From Ascoidea asiatica JCM 7603 (Eukaryota > Fungi > Ascomycota), in assembly GCA_001600695.1 (NCBI GenBank), contig BCKQ01000055.1, positions 736-6,728 on the forward strand: a stretch of DNA of 5,993 nucleotides. Direction: 5' to 3'. The first letter of the stretch is position 1, and each line of letters opens with the position of its first letter. The notes beneath the pieces were generated by a model, which was not told where the DNA came from, did not search any database, and was given only the letters and a program-made list of their open reading frames with translations. Positions 1 through 5,993 of the stretch are shown here, piece by piece. A program made the position numbers and the translations under genes.

Positions 1-91
1 TTGAACTTATTGTTTACCAAGTAGCCTGTTTTCGATAGTTGTTTTAATAAAATTAATACTGTAAAATTGAAACAGTTAGTTAAATACAGGT

Positions 92-455
92 TATACAATA
101 GAATGGTTTCTAATATCCTGAATAATATTTAATTTTGATAAACCAAAATTACATAAAGTCATATGTCCATTTGCATCAAGCAAACTAATTTCTGGTTTTA
201 TATCACAATAAATCTTGGTTTCATTATGTAAAATTAATGAGCTACTAATACTTCAGCACCATAGAATTTAGTTCTATCTTCAGCAAATATTCTTTCATAT
301 TAAAAAACATAAAAAAACTCACCTACAGATATATAATCAGTATCAAAATATTCAGGAGTTGCAAAAGCAAATTTCAATTTAATAATGAAAGGACACTTTG
401 AAGCTTTTACTAAAATATCTTGTTCACTTAAAGTATAGCAACTTCCACTGCTCAT
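92..455 (-). pseudogene. SCH9: Degraded AGC-family Ser/Thr kinase fragment, Sch9/Sck1-like (kinase subdomains ~III-VII)
   Basis: Manual minus-strand translation: (EVA)-fs-TLSEQDILVKASKCPFIIKLKFAFATPEYFDTDYISVGEFFYVF*YERIFAEDRTKFYGAEVLVAH*-fs-LHNETKIYCDIKPEISLLDANGHMTLCNFGLSKLN. This parallels the recalled Sch9-type pattern PFIVGLKFSFQTP..TDYMSGGELFWHLQ..F.EDRAKFY.AE..LH...YRDLKPENILLDANG.IALCDFGLSK. Stops at 300-302 and 234-236, frameshifts near 436 and 232; YRD>YCD and DFG>NFG. Subfamily (Sch9 vs Ypk1/Akt) assigned from memory. Confidence 0.8.
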
Positions 456-488
456 CTAAAATGAAATTATGTTTTTTTTTGAAAGGGG

Positions 489-991
489 TGATTTTTTAGC
501 GGTGATTATAGTTCGAACAAAATATCTAATTATCACTAAGAAGATATCTAATTCAAATTATAAACAATTGTTAATTAAATATAAAATATATAAAAATTAT
601 ATAAAAAATATAGGAGGTAAGTGGCTTGTTTCTATTTGTGGAAAATAGGAGCCGGTAACTTTTCTTAAGAATATATTTGAAAATTTAATATGTCAAAATT
701 CACTTCCCATACTTAAGAAAAAAAATAGAATAAGGTATTCTTCTAGAAGACACTACCTAATTCTAAGAACAAACAAGAATATTCCAGTACCTTCGAGATG
801 CACACGGAACTTTGAGGAAAAAATAAATAATTCAGAATTAGACCGTTCAAATACATTTAACATGCACCCGGACGTTTTGCGAACGCAATAAAATGTAGTC
901 GTAGAACAATCTATTCAATCTTAGAAAGTCTAAGAATAGCCTAGCATATTTCAAGACAATTCTAATAAAAGAATGAAATGACCAAAAATCA
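489..991 (-). repeat. Probable 3' LTR of the Ty3/Gypsy element
   Basis: Starts ~30 nt after the integrase stop, following a U-tract and degenerate PPT. Perfect 8-bp terminal inverted repeat with TG..CA ends: TGATTTTT (489-496) / AAAAATCA (984-991), extendable to 9/10 over 487-993. No partner LTR in the window to confirm. Confidence 0.55.
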
Positions 992-993
992 CA

Positions 994-1009
994 TAGCCCA
1001 CATTAAAAA
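994..1009 (-). other. Degenerate polypurine tract candidate
   Basis: Minus strand reads TTTTT-AATGTGGG-CTA immediately before TGTGAT, the position expected for a PPT. Purine content is imperfect. Confidence 0.35.
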
Positions 1010-1021
1010 GTCGAAGCCCCT

Positions 1022-2130
1022 TCAGATTTTAGTCAATTTTGATCTATCACCATTTAGTAATTTTTGAGAATGATCGAAAAGATTTTTAATTAGATGCTTA
1101 TCGTCAGTGAAAGCAAGAAATAAGCTATTACCATTTACTTTATTTTTAATATCAGCACCATTTAGGGTAGAAAGTTTGTTAACATTATAATCAAAAATCT
1201 TTTTCACAATATGTGGACCATCATAATATGGTTCTAATTTGTGTTTTCTAACTCCTTGTCTTAAAACATAATTACCTACATCAAAAACTTTAAAAAATGC
1301 TATGTCTTTTTGATGGTTCTTTTTGGTATTTGCAATGTTCCATTTCATTTTGGAATGTTCCTTTCTTTTTTAATTTAGATTTTGAATCTGCTAGGCTCTT
1401 AATTGAGTAGCTTCTTGATCCTCGCCATCTGTAGGTTCTCTTGCATAAGGTTGCGGATTATTGCTTGAACCTGAATGTACACCATAAGCTAAAAAGTAAG
1501 GTGAAAACCCATATTTTGACTTTCTTGACCTGTATTCAATTAATGCAGCATTGATAGGGAGGTCCCATTCTGAGGAAACATTCAAATAAAATATAATTTG
1601 TTTGAATAAACCATAAAAGTTCTCACATTTACCATTAGTCTCTGGGTGATATGAAGTGGTTTTGCGACATTTGATTCCTAAGCAATCTAATTTCTCAATA
1701 ACATTATTTGTAACCAAACCTGAACCATTATCCATAATTATTTCTTTCATTTAACCATGGTTAGTGACGATAGTTTGAATTAAATTTAAAACATGTAACA
1801 AGCGAGTATCTGGTTTTGCAATAGCATAAGCATAATCTGTACCATAATCAATTGCAGTGGTACAAAATTTATTTCCAGATGAATTTTTTTGAAAAGGACC
1901 AAAATAATCCATCCCCCATTTTGAGAAGGCTGTTGCAGAAGGAATTGAAGATAATGTCTTAGAAATAGCTGATGGCTTTTTCATAAGCTCACAATGAGGA
2001 CAAACTCTAATAACTTCTTGAAATAATAGAATACTATCAGGATGAAAGTATTTTTTATTTACCGTGTTTTCTAGATTTCCAATGGAACAGTGAGCATTTG
2101 AAAGATGAACTTTTTCAGAGACTTCCTTAA
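1022..2130 (-). pseudogene. Integrase domain (HHCC, DDE core, GPY/F tail; no chromodomain)
   Basis: HLSNAH (2090-2107) ... CPHC (1991-2002); WGMDYFGP (D at 1907-1909); IMDNG (D at 1730-1732); YHPETNGKCE (E at 1622-1624) with exact D-35-E spacing; KLEPYYDGPH (GPH at 1211-1219). Three internal stops. Confidence 0.95.
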
Positions 2131-2394
2131 ACTCATCTTCACTTAAAACAATAGCTAAACTATCTTTAATTCTAATATGTACTTTATTATCATAGAAAAT
2201 AAAGTTAGCAAAGATAAATTTAGAACTCATATTTCTAGGAATTTCTTTATTTTGAAAAAATTCTTTAATTCCAATAAGATCAACTTCACACAAATCCTTA
2301 ATTGATTTGACGGTTTTGATTTGAGGTTCAGTTTCATTGAGTTCATCAATTTCCATTAATGTCTCATTTGCATTTTCATCAACCAAATCAGTCC

Positions 2395-2765
2395 TTCTTG
2401 GGAGTAAATCAGGAACCACATTTTGTTTTCCAGGCTTATATTGAATATCACAATCATAATGTGCAATGATTTCAATGAATTTCCTAACTCTTTTTCCTGG
2501 ATCTGATTTAGATCTAATATATTGAAGAGATTCATAATCGGTTCTAACAGTAATTTTGCATCCTTCAATATATTTTTGAAAATGAATCAATGAATGAACA
2601 ACAGGTAAAAGTTCTCTCTTTTGACCACAATACTTTTTGTTGTGTTTTTGAAACTTTTCGTGATTCAAAAGCAACAGGATATAATTGGATTTTTCCAGTG
2701 TTCTCAATTTTATAGGGTTGCAGTAATACACAGCCTAAAGCAAAGTCAGAAGCATCAGTTGCTCA
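2395..2765 (-). pseudogene. RNase H domain (Ty3/Gypsy type)
   Basis: Reading through TGA 2763-2765 gives ATDASDFALGCVLLQ...YPVAFESRKVSKTQQK, then after a frameshift near 2635 YCGQKRELLPVVHSL..F..YI.G..ITVRTDYESL...IQYKPGKQNVVPDLLPR. Confidence 0.93.
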
Positions 2766-3700
2766 AATTCCAACTCTCTCAGGATCAACTGCTTTTAAAA
2801 CAGGAGCAGTAGTTAATGTTTTTTTCATTGATGTAAAGCATTCAATTTGAGAAGGTTTTAATTCAATTTTTTTTCCTGGTTTAGGAGACCCAACCAATAA
2901 ATCTGTAAGAGGGATCATTTGTTGAGAAAAATTTGAGATGAATTTTTGGTAATATGGGCATAAGTTAATGAAACCTCTTATATCAGTAATTGATTTTGGT
3001 AATGGCCAATTTAAGATTTTCTCAATCTTTGTAGGATCAGTTTTGATTCCTTCTGAGGAAACAATATGTCCTAAAAATTTAACTCCTTTGCAAAAGAATT
3101 CCGACTTCTTCACATTTAACTGAATTTTTTCTTTTCAAGTTGAGTGAGGACCTCATTAACTTGCTTAATATGATCTGCTTTATTATGGCTGAAAATAATT
3201 ATATCATCAACATAAACCATAACATATTGTAGGTGGCCTACAATTTTCAGCATAAATGATTGAAAGGTATAAGTACCATTGACTAACCCAAAAGACATGA
3301 CATTGGATTGATAATGACCTGAATTGGAAGAAAAAGCTGTTTCAGCTTTATCATCATTATCTACAGCAATTTGGTAAAAGCCATTTTTCATATCCAAACA
3401 AGTGAAGTAGTTAGCACCATTGAGTTTATTAAGGCACATATCAATAGATGGCAAAGGAAAATAATGCCTAACATTAATAGCATTTAATTTCCTATAATCA
3501 ACGCAAACTCTATAAGTTCTATCATCTTCTGGAACAAGAACTAATGGAAAGTTCCAACCACTTTTAGTTTCAGAGATTAATCCAGCTTCTAGATTTGATT
3601 TAACAAATTCATCAATGAATTTTTTGTTGAAGAGGACTATAGTTGTAACTTCCAATATAAATTGGTGCTTCAGAAGTTGTTTCAATAGTGTGTTTAAACA
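2766..3700 (-). pseudogene. Reverse transcriptase and connection domain
   Basis: RVCVDYRKLN, FPLPSID, YFTCLDMKNGFYQI, TAF, MSFGLVNG, YVDDIIIFS (YVDD at 3203-3214), then KFLGHIVS, IRGFINLC.YY.KFI.NFS and LTTAPVL. Confidence 0.96.
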
Positions 3701-3836
3701 GCGTTTCTGGAGGTAATATTGGAGTTGAATCATTTAAGTAAGAGTATTTCTTAAGATCAAACACTTGTTCCTCATTTGACTGTGATGTTGAGACATAAAA
3801 TTTTTCTAATTCATTAACATTCTCTGGACTCCAAAT

Positions 3837-4200
3837 TCACTTTTTATCTTGGTTTAAAAGCATAACTGAAAATCTATCACTACCTTTTGCACAAAATTTA
3901 TGGTCGTAGAGAAATCTACTTCCAATAGTAATATCGAAAGTTTTTGTTGAACTTTCTGGAAAAACAGCACATTTAATGTCAATTAAACCAAAGTTTTCAT
4001 TGAATAGTGGTAAAATGACATCATTCTTGACTATCATTGTTCCTGTAAAGCCATGGAATGTTGTAGGCTTACGCTGTAGCATTTTGATTTCCAAGCCTTT
4101 TAAGGATGATTCAAAAACATAGTTGGATTCAGCACCAGTATCGAAAAGAATTTTTATCTTTTTATCATTAACAGAAGAATTGAAATATCTATTAGGAAAC
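3837..4200 (-). pseudogene. Retropepsin-like aspartic protease domain
   Basis: IKILFDTGAESNYV (DTG at 4134-4142), flap-like FHGFTG, and C-terminal DITIGSRFL matching the D-I-I-L-G-x-x-F-L motif. Confidence 0.9.
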
Positions 4201-4427
4201 TTTTTGTTGCTGGTGTTAATTAATCTAAAATGTTCATCGTCAGAAAAGGATTCTGAGGTCACTTCCAGCTCTGACTTTTCAGATTGGTCTTCGTCCACTC
4301 CTTCTTCAGCAATTCTGTAACTAGACTTCTTGTCATATTTGTTTTTGTATCTAGAATTGGAATTACCTTTTGATTTTCTATTTGCAGCTTCGGTTTCAGC
4401 AAGTTTTTCGTATTTTCTATACCAGAA

Positions 4428-4469
4428 ACAAGTATTTCTGAAATGTCCTGGGAGATTACAGAAATCACA
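4428..4469 (-). other. Gag nucleocapsid CCHC zinc knuckle
   Basis: CDFCNLPGHFRNTC = CX2CX4HX4C. It lies in the same frame as the protease ORF (open 4526 to 3840) and was missed by the ORF track for lack of a start codon. Confidence 0.92.
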
Positions 4470-4728
4470 AGTTTTGGATGGAAATTTTGTTTCCCATTGA
4501 ATTTGATCAGGAAATTCATTTTTAATTTAAGAAATGATTGTTGATCCCATGAAAGTACTAGAAACAGCATTTAAAGGAAGACTTGTTGTGAATTTTCATT
4601 CATTTTACAAAATCGAATATATAAATTTTACATACTTACAAACTATGTATTAATCAATTAACTCGTGCTAATCGATGATTTAAAAAAAAAAAAATAAATT
4701 ATATAAAAAATAAGAGGAAATCGATTCC

Positions 4729-4736
4729 TTTTATAT
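4729..4736 (-). promoter_or_regulatory. TATA box candidate (TATAAAAG) in the LTR-like insertion
   Basis: Minus strand TATAAAAG ~145 nt from the putative LTR end, followed by pyrimidine-rich TTTCCTCTTATTTTTT. Confidence 0.45.
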
Positions 4737-5373
4737 TAATTCAGGATTCCTACGGGGTTCCGCAGAACTATCGAGAAATCTCGGGAATTCCCGAAAGTCC
4801 AAGGATTCCTTCGCAGAACCAGGGTGGGAATCAAGTTTACCTTGTAAAAAAGGTTGAATACTTGATTAGAAATCATTTGAAATTCACATTTCAATTTCAC
4901 GGTAGTAAAACCAATCAGCCCACTTATCAGTGGGGTCGATAATCGCACTATATGCCGGGAATAATCTTTAATCCCGAAGCCGTACTCGGAATAGATCCCT
5001 TACGGGACTATCTCCACTAGTCTCCTGTTTACTCCGAGACAATTCGGTATACGCAGTGAGAATTATACCTTATCTCACATGAAACTAGGCTTAGCCAATC
5101 CAGCCATCCAGAAGGCGGCCCTGCCTGGATCCGATTGGCCTTCGGATTTAACTTCTATCCGGATAGACGCTAAATCCTTACTCCTCTTTAATTCTCCTCG
5201 TACCGAGTGGCTTAGACTTAATATGCTCTTAAAGGTTGTACGACTATGGCTGGTACCAATCTCAAGGTCTTTTCTACTTTGTACGCTATACCTGACGTAA
5301 GCAAACATGACCTATGACATGTGACTAGAATATCACATGATATCCTACTATCTGTGTACTTGTACACAGACTT

Positions 5374-5472
5374 ATGCAAGGTCATGTAAATTGATGTATT
5401 CTGCATGCAACTTAATGCAACTTTATGTAACAATATGTATATTTATGCCTAATTATGCATCTATGCATAATT
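5374..5472. repeat. Degenerate 10-bp tandem repeat (ATGYA-initiated units)
   Basis: ATG starts at 5374, 5384, 5394, 5405, 5415, 5425, 5435, 5445, 5455 and 5463; units include ATGCAACTTA, ATGCAACTTT, ATGTAACAAT, ATGTATATTT, ATGCCTAATT. Confidence 0.75.
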
Positions 5473-5554
5473 ATACATAGTGTACACACATTATTGTGTA
5501 ATACATAATTCTTTTACGTTTACGATAGATACGTGTCTTTTAGACCTTCACCAC

Positions 5555-5992
5555 CTATGGTGTTAGTACCAATATATGCCCTACCATATATAGATCTCTA
5601 TTATTTCCAACAAGACTTTCATAAGAATTTCTAAATCTTGTAATATAATCAACAACTTTTTCATTTTCAGATGGTTTAATTGCTTTGAATTGTTGAATTA
5701 AAGCTCTATAATTTTGATCTCTCTCTATACCTCCGAGAATGAAAGCCCTGGCAGCAGGCCATGAAGGGTTTTTTAAAACATTTCTTGCAATGGTTCTAAT
5801 GAAATTAATCCGTTCTAAATTCATAGACTCTGGAATATAGTTATATAGATTTATACCCCATAAATCATATCTTAACCTATTAATTTTGCAGTAAGTTTCA
5901 ATAGATTGTAATTCTAGAATTAATTTTCTATCTTGTCTACCTTCAATAATTAAATTTGGTTTTAATTTTGGTGGTTTTGAAGTACCATCCAT
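5555..5992 (-). CDS. gag: Retrotransposon Gag capsid-like protein, partial (may extend beyond the window edge)
   Basis: PSWPAARAFIL followed by FKAIKPSENEKVVDYITRFRNSY, matching the SW..F and E-x-V-x-D-Y-x-x-R-F major-homology-region pattern (~5633-5662) of Ty3/Gypsy Gag. Upstream of and co-oriented with pol. Confidence 0.7.
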   Translation of the reverse strand: MDGTSKPPKLKPNLIIEGRQDRKLILELQSIETYCKINRLRYDLWGINLYNYIPESMNLERINFIRTIARNVLKNPSWPAARAFILGGIERDQNYRALIQQFKAIKPSENEKVVDYITRFRNSYESLVGNNRDLYMVGHILVLTP

Positions 5993-5993
5993 A

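Larger units (their letters stand above)
1022..4595 (-). pseudogene. pol: gag-pol polyprotein pseudogene (nucleocapsid, protease, RT, RNase H, integrase)
   Basis: The supplied ORFs join into one polyprotein across in-frame stops at 4527-4529, 3837-3839, 2763-2765, 1751-1753, 1391-1393 and 1370-1372, and frameshifts near 3620, 3126 and 2635. Confidence 0.95.
4587..5553 (-). mobile_element. LTR-like insertion of a different family (solo LTR or 3' LTR of a nested element)
   Basis: Gag-like coding stops at both edges. Minus-strand ends are TG(G)TGAA ... TTCACA, with perfect GTGAA (4588-4592) / TTCAC (5547-5551). Layout resembles U3-R-U5: repeats and CCAAT boxes, TATAAAAG, pyrimidine tract, TAGT..TATGT..TTT. 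TSD only 3/5 (CTTGT 4582-4586 vs CCTAT 5554-5558). No PBS follows it. Confidence 0.55.
489..5993 (-). mobile_element. Decayed Ty3/Gypsy (Metaviridae) LTR retrotransposon, interrupted at ~4587-5553; 5' end outside the window
   Basis: Domain order Gag-PR-RT-RH-IN with integrase last and a GPY/F-like motif is diagnostic of Ty3/Gypsy. Whether 4587-5993 belongs to the same copy is uncertain. Confidence 0.9.

Noticed and set aside
59-96. Possible tiny intron on the minus strand (GTATAA...CTAAC...CAG) after the kinase fragment
   Set aside because: Only 38 nt, and no kinase subdomain VIII (APE) similarity resumes after it.
2763-3839. In-frame TGA codons (2763-2765, 3837-3839) as an alternative genetic code or programmed readthrough
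   Set aside because: TAA and TAG stops and frameshifts also interrupt the same ORF, and TGG is used for Trp, so ordinary decay explains them.
2356-4570. ORFs 2356-2568, 2621-2812, 4123-4320 and 4259-4570
   Set aside because: Alternative-frame or antisense shadows of gag-pol.
4977-5030. Group II intron domain V-like AGCCGTA...TACGG, and group I R/S-like words (minus GAGACTAG, GAGATAGTCC)
   Set aside because: The AGC triad lacks proper partners, there is no GNRA loop or AC bulge, and the R/S-like words are too close to accommodate P3 and P8.
5178-5235. HDV-like ribozyme resemblance on the + strand: L3-like TCCTCGT (5195-5201), P2-like CTTTAA/TTAAAG, P1-like ACTC/GAGT followed by GG
   Set aside because: The P3 positions (TTC/ACC) cannot pair, P1 is too short and lacks the 5' G, and P4 and J4/2 are unconvincing. 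An Infernal search would settle it.
4580-5372. Alternative insertion boundaries 4584-5368 (TGT...ACA) with a 4-bp GACT TSD
   Set aside because: The right boundary cuts through the hairpin and repeat array and leaves ~185 bp of similar non-coding sequence unexplained. A 4-bp match is expected by chance.
5305-5387. tRNA gene or tRNA-derived SINE
   Set aside because: Only two internal arms, with no GTTCRA T-loop and no A/B boxes.
4736-5433. Short ORFs 4736-4948, 5075-5308, 5079-5300 and 5218-5433
   Set aside because: 70-77 aa with no recognisable motifs, in GC-richer or repetitive DNA where chance ORFs are expected.
5374-5472. CRISPR-like array
   Set aside because: 10-bp degenerate units with no repeat-spacer architecture, in a eukaryotic retroelement context.
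4587-5553. Hammerhead ribozyme or retrozyme
   Set aside because: No CTGANGA core found on either strand. Nearest are CTGACGT (+, 5292) and CTGATAA (-, ~4927).

Overview
AT-rich eukaryotic, probably fungal, window dominated by a decayed Ty3/Gypsy LTR retrotransposon on the minus strand. The order is Gag zinc knuckle, protease, RT, RNase H, integrase, in what was originally one reading frame and now carries at least 6 stops and 3 frameshifts. A probable 3' LTR lies at ~489-991, and beyond it sits a degraded Sch9-like AGC kinase fragment (~92-455). The most unusual part is a ~960 bp non-coding block (~4587-5553) between the Gag zinc knuckle and a Gag capsid-like ORF (5555-5992). It is GC- and CpG-rich, very dense in hairpins and palindromes, and carries a 10-bp phased ATG array plus promoter-like motifs. 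It is best read as a second, different LTR: either a nested solo LTR or the 3' LTR of a Gag-only element. I found no solid evidence for a wholly new system; the structured block is the best lead. All counts and alignments were done by eye.
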